From: Octopus bimaculoides
Lineage: Eukaryota
DNA length: 63,537 nt
NCBI RefSeq assembly: GCF_001194135.2
Contig: NC_068997.1
Coordinates: 6,775,387 to 6,838,923, forward strand
Reading direction: 5' to 3'
Shown here: positions 1-12,500 of the stretch, in pieces
Layout of the letters: each line of letters opens with the position of its first letter
Numbering within the stretch: position 1 is the first letter of the stretch
The notes under the pieces: generated by a model
Database searches by the model: none
Seen by the model: only the letters and a program-made list of their open reading frames with translations
What the model was told of the DNA's origin: nothing
Position numbers and translations under genes: made by a program

Positions 1-2951
1 ACTATATAATATAACGTAGTTTTAGATAAAGCTTTTCGAACATGTGACAAAATAGTTACGGCTGGAACGACTTTGGTAAATGTTCGGTTGAATCAAGGTT
101 GACCTAAGTTTAAATAACAACAATACAAAATCTTTCGTCTTTTTTTTTATACTTAAGTGAGTTTAAGTGAAGCTCTGTCGGTCTAGGGCAGTGTTCTCAA
201 CCTTCTAGAGCTCAGCGGCCCCCTTTCACTGGATGCCATTTTATAAATGACCCCCTCTCGGTATTTTGCAAAAAAAGAAAGAAAAGAAAGTAGATTGGTT
301 AAACTAAACAGAAGCCAATGTACAGTGATTTATGGCGCCTATTTTCTTGTAATATCTCATCTTATATGTTCATGTTAACGTTTGTAGGGACAAGGACTAC
401 CTAAGATAAGCTTTCAAGGAAATTACTAAAGAAAGCGAATACTTCTATAATGAAATTATTTTTGTGCTTTGGTGCATCATTAGTCACTAAGCATTCTGCT
501 CTCTGAGAACACAATGTCTTGTTCATATTCTAATGGCGACGAAATTTTCTTTGAAAATGTGTTTAAAATATAAGTTTTGCATAGCCATTCGTGTATCCTA
601 CTTAAATATATCGCAGAAAGTGCCGAGTAATGGGAGTGAACCCGAAACCATGTTGTGGAGAAACGAACTTCTTAACTAAACAACCACACTGGCACCTATT
701 AAAAAGAATTATTCCCTCTTAATTGTCAATATGTCTTTAGCCTTAATTTTAAAATTCAAATTCAAAGGTATTAATTTTCTGATTGATTTCTGATGTGTTT
801 GCTTTTGATATTCAGAATCGATTGAACGACGAGTAGAACGACTTGTGATATTTCGTTGCATATTTTTGTGTTCTTAGTTCTAGTCCCATGTGGTAGACTT
901 TGTCTTTCATCCTTCCGGGGTCGATAGAATAAATATCAATCAAATACAAGAGTTGATATAATTGACTGCGCCTTACTTGAAAATGTGTGACATTAATGAA
1001 TATTAGAAGAAGTCAACAGGTCGGTTGGATTAGAAGAGCCTCAATAAATTGAGTTTGTCATTAAAAGAGAAAGAAGCTAACGTTTCGGAATGTTGTCCTT
1101 CTTCCGAGAGAGAATATATAAAAGTATTATAGTATTGGTGGCGAGATTGCAGATGGATAATGGAGATCGATAAAAGAGTAATGTGTGAGTATGGTGGTGG
1201 TGGCGGGGGGGGAGGTGTAAAAGACAGCGTGAGGTGCTATGAGTAGAGTGCTTATAGAATGAGGGAGGGAGGGAGGNNNNNNNNNNNNNNNNNNNNNNNN
1301 NNNNNNNNNNNNNNNNNNNNNNNNNNNNNNNNNNNNNNNNNNNNNNNNNNNNNNNNNNNNNNNNNNNNNNNNNNNNNNNNNNNNNNNNNNNNNNNNNNNN
1401 NNNNNNNNNNNNNNNNNNNNNNNNNNNNNNNNNNNNNNNNNNNNNNNNNNNNNNNNNNNNNNNNNNNNNNNNNNNNNNNNNNNNNNNNNNNNNNNNNNAG
1501 GAGGAGGAGGGGGAGGTGGAAGAGGAGGAGGAGGAATGCAAAAAGTTGTCAATAACTAGGATGAGTTGAAAGATAGTAAAAATGACAATTATAAAGGAAA
1601 CGACGACTTCTACTGTCCAAAGCGGAGGTCAGTGAGGATGTGGAGAAGTGTGCTGGAGGTGGGATGGGAGAGGGCGATAGAGGGAACAGAAATAAAACAG
1701 CAAAGAATTACAAATCAGGTGAATACATACAACACAATATATTTAGTCACAGAGACACATAATGTTTGTCTCCATTACTGCTGTGGCTGACTTTGCTATC
1801 TTTCCGAGCTTGATATAACAAGAAGCTGTTAAGTGGAATGGAGTTGAGCTAATAGAGAGTTCTCGCTCTGAAGCTTTGTGACAATGTTAGGAATCAACAG
1901 CTTAAAGATGACTGTGAAAGGTAGAATGAAGGATTAACTGTTTGAATGACACTGGAAGGTAGAGTAACGGATGAAATCTATTGCAATATTTAGTTATGTA
2001 CCTTTTCGTTATGAGTGTAAAACGTCGAAGGCAACTTTTTCTTCCATCTGTCTGAGGCTGTTAGCACCAGTTCATTCTTGACCGAGAAGGCTTTTGGCCG
2101 AAGATATTCCAGACGTGATAATCCTCATTTTGTTTTTCACCTACAATGAATTTTGGCGATACAGTAATTATATAAATGTGTCCTTTTTAAGCGCAGTAAG
2201 TCATAGTTTGAGTAGGTTTTGGCTGTTAGTTCTAGTGGGTAGAGCGACAACGTCTAGGCTCCTTCACTGACTTGATTTTTCTTTGGCCACTAAAAGAAGT
2301 AGCAGCCATGTCTGTACTCTTCTCTCACAATATTTCTGGCCTTTTCATCATAAATCTTTTGAATATGGGAAGAACTTAATTGTCTTTTTGCTTTCTAAGT
2401 TCAATTCCCACTATGACATCAACTTTGTCTTCATCTTACTGGGGATCGATCCAAAAATGTACCAGTCATATGCTGTGTGACAATTCTAGAAATCAATATG
2501 AAATCCCTTTGGGGCAGACGACGCAAAGCAAGAAGATATAAATAAATAAAATATTTTTAAAAAAACTAAAAAAATCAGCGAAGTAAAACTGACTCTATAA
2601 TCATATCGTTAAAGAACTTGAGAACGGTATATATGTCATAACATCCCACTTATTGCCCCACCCCTGATTTAAAATGGTTAAGGCTGGTGTTTTGTCAAAA
2701 GAAACCAATCTTGAATCGTCTTTCAAATCCCTGTTGCAATATAAAATATCGTCAACATTTCCTTCATCAAATGTCCCTAAATTTATGGCTTTATATTTAT
2801 TTAGTTGTCTTTATCTTTTCCGGGTGGGGTTAGAGATCTTAGCAACGGTTCTCTAAAAATAGTTCCCAAATCTTAATCTTTTATGTAAGATAATCTTGTC
2901 TAGATCGTAGAAAGCAGAAAACAAACAAAATTTGATTTATGCCATTGCGTA

Positions 2952-2993
<42 letters not shown>

Positions 2994-3374
2994 TTCTCTC
3001 TGTCTGCCTCTCTCTCTCTCTCTCTCTCTCCACACACACACACATATATATCTGTCTGTGTTTGTCGGTGGTGCACACATTTATGCACGTGCTTGACATG
3101 AATTCATTGATAAACTAATAAAAACTTCAAATAATTACCATTCCTTTCTAATCCATCAGATGTTAAACTGAAGTGCTTCAAAGATATTTTTGTGTTTATC
3201 TCGACTTACCTATTGAAACTGAATTTAATTTCCACTGAAAAACCCCGTTGCACGTTTCTATCAACGTGCTCACAATAATTTATTCAAGACATTTCTTTTG
3301 AATAACAACTCGATCATAAATCTTCTTGTATTAGATCCATCAGGGAAAAATCATTTATTTATTTATTTATCTAT

Positions 3375-3383
3375 TATATAAAG
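3375..3383 (+). promoter_or_regulatory. Candidate TATA box of gene A
   Basis: tatataaag about 46 nt before the ATG; weak evidence in AT-rich DNA. Confidence 0.3.
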
Positions 3384-3428
3384 TTTGTTCCGATTGACAA
3401 AGTTACAAAATATGTTTCACCTTCAACC

Positions 3429-3512
3429 ATGACTGGTCTCAGAATTACAGAGAAAAACGTTTTGTACGTGGTGGTTTTAATGAGTCTAACCACTGGTAAC
3501 TTTGCAACACGA
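3429..3512 (+). CDS. Gene A exon 1, signal peptide
   Basis: [28 protein letters not shown] followed by gtaagt; phase 0; hydrophobic core. Confidence 0.8.
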
Positions 3513-6500
3513 GTAAGTAGTGAAATTATTTTCTTTCTAGAGTGTTTATATTATATTAGATCTAAGTTGTTTGAAGCAGATGAAAATAAAACTCAAGTCA
3601 TATTTTGAAGAAGTGGAAATCGATCTTCATCCGTCTGTTATTGACAAAATGAGAGAAAACTGAAATGTATAAAGCATGTCAATAATCTGGGAGGCAGGTC
3701 GATATTTCTATGTGACCTATCTGTGTGTTCAAAGTAACTTTCAGGATTTTAAGAAGGGCAACAGATACTGGGATATTTCATTTTAGAATTGGTTAATGAT
3801 GACAAAATACAGTTTGAGAATTACGAGAATCATACTCTGAAGATTTAATACTTTTGTTTATCCTACAAATTGATTTATGACGGATCGATCACACCATCTG
3901 ATTGTATTTTATGAATTTCCTCACATTCCATTGATTACATTTAATTATTATGATATAATCTTGCTCCATTTCCTCACGCATATGTCATACGTATATTGGC
4001 AATCTTGAAATTCCGTATTTGACATTGCTTATGCTGTTATTTAACTTCTTTCTCTAGGAATTGTTCAACGAAGGCTTCTGGTATTTCAATGGCTTTGAAA
4101 CATTGAAATCAGGTAAGTAAAAAGTTTTCATTTTCATAAAAATTATTAATTATAATTCGTTGCAGTTTCTAAACCCATCTCATGAAAATAAACGTTGAGC
4201 TCTTCTTAACAATTACGTTCGGTACGTCTATTTGCAAAACGTTAATTGCTCATTAATGAATTAATTAAAGATAAAATAATTTTATTCCTAACTAGCAAAC
4301 ACACCCGTCCTTTGGATAAGTTACTTTGCTGATATTTTTTCCACCAAATAATTGAACTACCGAGAAGGTTTATGAGTAGCACGGCAATCTATGTTTCCGA
4401 TTAACCTAGGAACGGAAAATCGAATTGAAGGCTGGTTATTGTGAAAGTTGTTGCCCTTTTATTGATCATAGAACATATAAATTTGCAAGCGATGCAAAGT
4501 AGAGCTTCTGAAGTGTTTTGGGAGTAGATTACGGGTAATGACCACAAAATATAGTTGTTTAACATGAAAGCGAAATTTCTTGTCAGAAACACCCACATAA
4601 ATGGTATAAGANNNNNNNNNNNNNNNNNNNNNNNNNNNNNNTCAACAACAAAGGGAGTTATTTTTTCGGAGAGATAAGCTAACAAAAGCCTTTTTGTTCT
4701 GCCTTCCCACATAGTCTGCGCATAGACTAACAGTGAATGCTGCATAAATTTTAATTGATATGGAGCTTTCTGAAAGATACGTATAACTTTCGCTAGTGGA
4801 AGCAAAACTCTTATTTGAAGACTGATTCTTTGGGACGAATCATATGTGATTGTTTAAAAAAAGCTAGAACGACAATGCTAAAACGTATTTGAAACAATGG
4901 ACAACAGTCGAAATATCATAATGGATGGGTAAATAAGCATCCTTAAAGTGAAACAACGCATTGGTAGGTAAATAAAGGTATCAACAAAAAGAAGAGAGGG
5001 AAGGAAGCATCACCTTTCAAGTAACTCAGAATAGGCAAAGGTAAATGTTTAGTGCATGAGCATCCTTGGGACATAAGTAACGTGTGCGTAAAGTTTGGTG
5101 AAAATAGGTTGAGAATTGTGGAAATGTATGCATTATCATTATACACACACATACTGTGGTTTATATATATATACTACATTATCTGAGAACCCTAATAAGA
5201 GTATTTTAAACATGGATTGCTATGGTCCCGTAGAGGAAGGATTTACAGGAAATCTTAACAACACAGCAATACTTGTTTTCTATTCTATGCTATCTTCTTT
5301 TTATATGTTACATGTTTAAATATACGTAAACTTCATCAATACGCCAACTCTTCTATCAGTATCCCGTACATACGCCAAGTCTTTCAATATCCTGTACATG
5401 TGTCAACTTCATCAGTACCCTAGACGTACAATATCATCGTGAATATATTCAGACATACATCAACACTGTCCCAGGCACACTGACAATCAGTGAAAAGAAT
5501 TCAATATTTCTTTGACAAAAACAATAGAAAGTTGAATGAAATGGTTTGAAGTACTTCGTTTGCATCCTTCTATTTTTGTTAATTCGGATTCTTTAGGAGT
5601 TGATTTTACATCTCATCTCCTTATGGAATATTTAAATAAATTTTAGCTAACAGCAAGAACTAATATACCTTCGCGCGTTAACTTTGAAATCTGTGAGTTT
5701 GAAACAAGTTCAGCCTTATCTGACTCTCGTTTCCTTCCTCAAGAACTCGATGAATTTACAAACTGAATAAATAGAAATGGGATCTGTATTACTTATCTCA
5801 AATTGATATATTATTATTTTTTTCATTAATATTTAGCAGAAGTAACTGAGTGACTCAAGGTCCGAGAGTTTTGTGCTTTGGCACTTATCAAACTAGTTGC
5901 AGATCGAAGACCTGTGAGTTTATATAGCCGCTGATAAATATATTTCTCGGCCTGCAACTAGATTGATAAAGTGCCAACGCACGAAACTCTCGGACCTAGA
6001 GTCACTTTGTTACTTCTGCTAAATATTTATAAAAATATATATAGACTCATATTTTGAGTTTTATTTTCCTGTTTGCATCAACATACCTATAACATTATTT
6101 TAAAATTCTATTTTAAAAGATAATTTCACTGAATTTTTCCTGGCCACTGTTTCGAGCGACTCTAATCCGTAAGTAATGTTGTTTCGTGTTTTTAGTTTAT
6201 CTCTGATTAGTCATTTTCCCTGTTTAAACTAATGCGATTTGTTTGGAAACACTTTATACTTCTTTCATTCATAATAATATACCTTTATCGCACTACTTCC
6301 CTAAGTTAGCTCTTCAATGCTCCCCGAGTTATACATTTGATCACTAAGTTCATTATTGTCTTATCCAAGCAGAGGAAATCGTTCACATCTCACGATCATT
6401 TACCCTTTAAACAATTTTATTTTCTTACACCAACGAATGTAGAGTTTTACACTTTTTTCCCCAACTCCGAAAGGATGAAAGGCAAAGTCGACCTCGGCGG

Positions 6501-9500
6501 AATTTGAACTCAGAACGTAAAGACGGACGAAACACCACTAAGCATTTTGTCCGGCGTGCTAACAATTCTGCCTAACCACAATTAACGACAAAAAACAGTA
6601 CCAACAACTAATTAGTGCCAGGCAGACTGAGCTGTTGTGAGGTCTTACCATAAATTATAAGCTACTTTTTATATACAGACAAGATGAAGACACTGGTCGG
6701 AAGATGTCATTGTTTTGAGTCAGTTATACTTGCAATGTACGTGGTAATTATGATTACTTTCGATTTCTTTTCAGATACAATTCTGGTCCAAGCCAAATTT
6801 CTGTGAACAGCTCGACTAAATTTCTGGCCATACATACATCACAGTTTAGTTTGTTGTTAGATTTGTGGCCACCACAGTCTGTTATTCATCCCTCTGCTAA
6901 AGTTGTCGTCAGCGATAAAAATAATGAACATGAAGAAAACATTCGGTTCGAACCAGAATGTTTCTTGTCTGGAAAACCTCAATTTGGAAGAGGAATGGTG
7001 TCACTCTCTTATTGTAACGGTTTAGTAAGTATTGAGTTTGTTGATATTTTTTATTTTACTTTCAACGAATTCTTTCATGTATGGGTAAGAAACCCTGAGT
7101 CCGCCGGTGAAATTTTGTCCACGTTCAAATAAAACAAAATAAAACAATAATTTGATATAAGTTGCTTGCTAAAGAATTTATAAAATTAAAGAGTAAGAAA
7201 ATATCTAGAGAAAACAGTAACTAGCAGAAGGGAGTTAAAAGCTGATTTAGATGAGGTTTTTAGAAAGGATTTCGCAGTAGTGACGGTGAGAATGGCGCTT
7301 TTGATTATTCCTTCGGCACTAAACACGAAGGTAACGTTGTCCAAGTTGAGAGACAGGTACAAAAGCCCGACGACACTTAAGCTGTTCGATGTTCCCGGAT
7401 GGAAGAGATGTACCGTAGCAGCGGAACAAGGATATTGATATTGATGAGCCGTGAGGAATGATATTTAATTTCGAGTGAATATCTATTATTTTCAACAGCA
7501 CCTTCTTTACCAAACTGCAAATGGCAAATTAACAGAATTAGACACTCCCGACTTCGATGCATACAAACTTTAGCGTCAGAAGTAGAGTGGTGTAAGAATC
7601 TAATTCCAGCTTCTAAAATAACGGATGCTGCGTCTAATCGTATGAGAAATAAGTTATGTAAAAGTGAGAATGAAATGGTAACGAAATCAAGTCTGTGATT
7701 TTGCATCTCGATTCATCGAGAGGCAAGTTCATGTCGTTAGTGACGGTGTAGTCTGTTTTGGAATCGAGAGTCCGGTTATGAGTCTGTTTAGGTCCAAACC
7801 TCCAAGAACTGAGACGAAGTTAGAAGTGAGGTGACCAATCTCACCTAAAAGTGCATCGATGGAAAGCTATCGGCTGATCGGCGCGCCTTGCTCCAGGCTG
7901 CATTTGACTAGGTTAGACCATCGGCTTTGTTGCTCCTTTTGCAAAGATTGGGTTCTCTGGCCAAACATCTCTGCTGCCAACATCAATGCTGATGATGCAC
8001 AAATTTGCACCGAGGTTGCGACGTCTGCAACGATACAGAAACGCCGAATAGGTGCAGCCGTATTTGTCAAGTATGTTCTCCCGCAGCTCGTCTTTCCGAC
8101 AGAACTGTCGACCAAATTTGGGCAGCTGAAATATTATCAGATGTTCATAATCCTCGACCAGTAGGGCAATGTCGTCAGTCATTCTACAAAGGGTTAGAGT
8201 GCTGATACGGGAATCCATTTAATTATTTAATTCATTATATTTCCCTTCTTCTAAATTCCGAGCCATGTATTAATGACAAAAACAACGCTTTGGGGAGTTG
8301 AATGGCAGAAACGCTACAGCACTGAATACGATAATGTATTTGTTTCATTCTAATGGTTTTGAGTTCAAATTCTAAACATAATGAGTTTGTCTTTCATCAC
8401 TCTGACTATCAACTTTACATATTTTTTAGAAATATGAACCAATTAGAAAATTCATTATTATCATTAACACCATCTTGTACAGCGGAATCTGTTTGATTAT
8501 CAGAGGGAAAGGTCACCAGGTAGAGGCAGGTGGTTATTTCTGTGTTTAATTATTGAACTTTTTCTGTGCTTTCTGAGCACTATTTGCCTGAACTTGGTCA
8601 TTTCCTTTGCGTATGCAATAGCGCTTGCGTACACACACACACGCGTGCGCGCAATTTCATATCTTATTTCTTGTCATTTTAATGTCACTTTGTTGTCCTC
8701 GTAGGAAATAAGAAATTATTGTTGTTGTTGTTCATAGCGCCATAAGACAGAATTACTTTCTCGATTTAGCATATTTTACTGCCCTTACATCTCAGTAAGA
8801 CCAATGATGATGTCACAAATTTTCTGTTCCACTCCATCATTCCTTAAACATCTTAGAATATCTATAGAACTTTCGACATGAAGCTGTCCCCGATTTTTAC
8901 ACAATTTATCAATAATCACTTCCTCCAGCACGGAATAATTGTTACCAATGGCAGTGACTATCAAATAATTGCTCCTCGTTCAACTTGTGCTGAAAACATT
9001 TATTTGATTGCAAGACGGGCATCCAGTAATCTGATGCAACAAGGTAAATTAATATTTTACATAACTTTTGGAAAAGAGAGATCAGCAGCAATAAAATAAA
9101 TTGATCTCGCTTCGTTGTAACGCGTGAAATTTGTCTCAGCTTGTGATCCATTACACGATTGAACATATTTTTTTATATTTCCTACATATAGATTCAATAG
9201 CCTAGTGAAATCTCATTCACTAAACTAAGGGTCTACCTATTATTATTACTCTCGCTTCTGATGATGATTGTTGTGCTCATATCATTGTTGTGAAGCTCCG
9301 AGTCAAGGTACGCAAATTGGCGGGAGAACGATTTGGCGCGGCGACCCACAACCTTTTTCATTAAATTCAAGTTTATTTTATTCGGTAGTTTTACCAACGT
9401 TAAAGACGCTATGGTAAGATTTCAGGCCGAATGAGCTGACCCATTGACCTACGTGTCTTACAAAACATTGAAATAGTGGCCAAAAGAAGTGGAACACTGA

Positions 9501-12500
9501 AGGAAATAAAATTTTAATTTAAACACCACCCGGCGATAGAAATAAGGCATGAGACAATGAACGGAGATCAATTCGTTCTGAAAATAATGTTGAAAATATT
9601 TTTGTATAAATTTATCAGAGTAAGAAAGGACAGTGCTCAAAACCACTGTTAGACCCGCCGATCCTTGTTGTAGGGAGATATCCAGAGATATGATGCCTTG
9701 TCCGAATGTTTCCCACAGAGTAGACTCCACAAAAGGCAACCAAAAGCCAAATGGTTAAACCGAGTGTGTTGGATGGTTTGAGTGAAGTCGATATGTCATT
9801 AGTTAGTACTGGGAAGCAAAGCAAGCCATAGTAGCGATAAAAAGCTAGGAGCTTGCAACTGTGCATTAGAGATTTGGGTATGTTATAGTGTGAGTTTTTG
9901 TCAATGAACTGAAAATCTTTCCTTTTAATCTAGAGTGTTTGTCCTGGTAGCAGCGGCTTCAAAGTTCTTCCAATAACATAGATACTACATTTTAAAAGAA
10001 TTCAAGCATGTAATTAAAAATGTTTTAAGAGTTCGATTCTTTCACTTTCGTTCCCCAAATAAGTAACAGGCTTCTGCAAAACAGTCATTGTTTCCGCAAA
10101 AGTTTAAAATAAGAATTTTTTTCTTTCTGACGAACCTTATTTCTTGACGGACCTAAATTTTTATTTTTTTGACAACATCTATTTCATAGAATCAAGTGAA
10201 ATTTGCATATTTTTAACATAACGTTTACGCTATATATTTTAAATTGTATTTTGTAATAATATACACGTTAACGCAAATGAAAACTCTTCTTGTTTTCCAT
10301 ACTAAATTTCACAGTTATCATCCTCTTGATCAAGAATGTTTTAGCGATATATACTTTAACGGTCCAGAAAAAAGAGCATTTCAGTCAACTTTAACACGGT
10401 TGATATAAGAAAATGAGAAGACCCTATAGTTCTGCCAACACCATTTTTTCTTACAGAAATCTTTGAAGATAAAGGGTTTTTTTTGCTATTATGTTATGCT
10501 CAATAACAAAATATGAAAATGATTTCCAATGCTGAATTTTTTTTTTTTTTGTCACCCAAGTAAACAAAATGGAAGAAGCGAGAACAACACATGAAAAGTT
10601 AACGATAGAATTGGCTTTATTTTATGACCAGTCTGTATACAATTACTTGGAAGAGAAAACGAACTCTAAGTCTTTGAAAGAAAAACTACAATATCTTGTG
10701 GCTGCATGGAATACGGTAAGTAAATAATCTAGAAATATATTTCGTATTTTTAAACACTATTTCCTTTCTGTATTGAAAACTGTTTGAAATACAAAGAGAA
10801 GCAAAAAATCTACCATTTCAGTATTTCTTCTGCATTTCTATGTTTCAGGTTCAATATGAGTTTAATAAAGAAAACCAACTGGGATATTCGATAAAACTAA
10901 TCATTAAGTATATCAATATTTTTAGAGAAAATCCAGTAAGTCTCAATTTAATTCTGTATTCTGACAAAATACCTTCTTCCATGATATCGTTTAAAAAAAT
11001 AATTTTAGAGAAAATTTGACGAAAACAGAACGACTGATAAAAATAAAAGAAAATATTAAGATAGGAAAAAAACTAGGAATCGTACAAATGCTGTAGATAT
11101 TAAGTTAAAATTAGCAAAGTTCTATCAGAATTGTTTTCATCTCTGTTCTAGAGTTTAATAAAACCTTGTACGATTAAACTGACATCTAATGAATACCGAT
11201 TTTGATAAATCAAAGGATTCACATAACATAAAATCTCGATTGCGAGAAAACTGGTGAGGGACTACAACAATAAACAAAGAAAAGGTCGTGAATTGTTGAA
11301 TAAATTCAATAACGGCGAGGAGAAGAAATCTCTTACATATTTTTGCCCTTCAGCAATAAGTACAATATGAAGTAGGTGTTTATATCATCGAGGGTAGAGA
11401 TGTGAAGCCTTCCAAATACTTCCTGTTCAGCAGACAACTGTTGAAGGACAAAAGCTCGAAACGTTAGATTTTTTACTCTCCTCAGCGGTTTAATGTATTC
11501 GACATGCCACAAACTTTGCCAGAGGATTCATGACTAATAAAGAACAAATCATCACACAAGATTGAATTATTTACTTCAGAGTAAAGACATAGATAGCTCA
11601 ATTAGTATGAACCTATCAACCGATTGAAAGGTCGATAGGCTCAATTAGTATGAACCTATCAACCAACTGAAAGGTCGATATTTCGTGTCCCGTCAACGAT
11701 GCTGTCTTGTATTAACACTCGATGATAAATAACTCCTGTTAGCTAAGTCCACCGAGCTGTAAATATATACCATGGTCAAATATAGTTCACGACTGTAATG
11801 TGCTATCACTATATAACTGAAAAGTGTTTAGCAATACTAACTGTAATCCTTCCCATTGGAAAAGGAATCACACAGTCTGAAACCAGCGTCTTCAGTACAC
11901 TTGGTCGTATTTGCCACTGGATTCGAGCTCTGTCTACATGTGATGACAAGTCTGCAACATCCCATTCCGTAATATATTATTCAATGACAGACATCAAACA
12001 TCAGATGGAAGGTAACTTAATCAAAATGACGGCTCCGATCATTGTAAAGACAGCGACAACGACGTGTCAAGCTTCCCTGTTGACAACCGAATTATGAATT
12101 CAATTATTTCCCCATTTCTTTGTGCCATTAATCAGTCCATTGTTTTTTCATATTGAACAAACATTTATCAGTTGTGATGATTACTTTCAGTCTTGGTACA
12201 AAACAAACAGTTTCGCGCTGGCTCTACGAAGTGTTTGTGTTTGGGCAGAGGAAAGGAAACTCAACTATGATCACATACACATCGTAACTAAGTGAGTTTT
12301 ATTATCAATCTTTATTTAAATGAGAGTGAACAAAATCGAGCAATAATTCGTTGTTGTAGATCGACAAATAATGAACAGCTTCATTCAGAAATATTCTTAA
12401 TACATCAAAAGCATTTATGTTTTACGTTTTTTATTGGTTTCGCATATTAGACTGCGGTCAAGCTGGGGGCACTGCCTTCCAAGAATATTGCTGATCATAT

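Noticed and set aside
5647-5694. Exon-like segment ending in gtgagt
   Set aside because: Gives a stop or the wrong phase; the 6120-6168 exon matches gene B and restores the frame.
6679-6718. Alternative phase 1-2 exon candidate ([13 protein letters not shown])
   Set aside because: Weak donor, very short following intron and no similarity to gene B exon 3.
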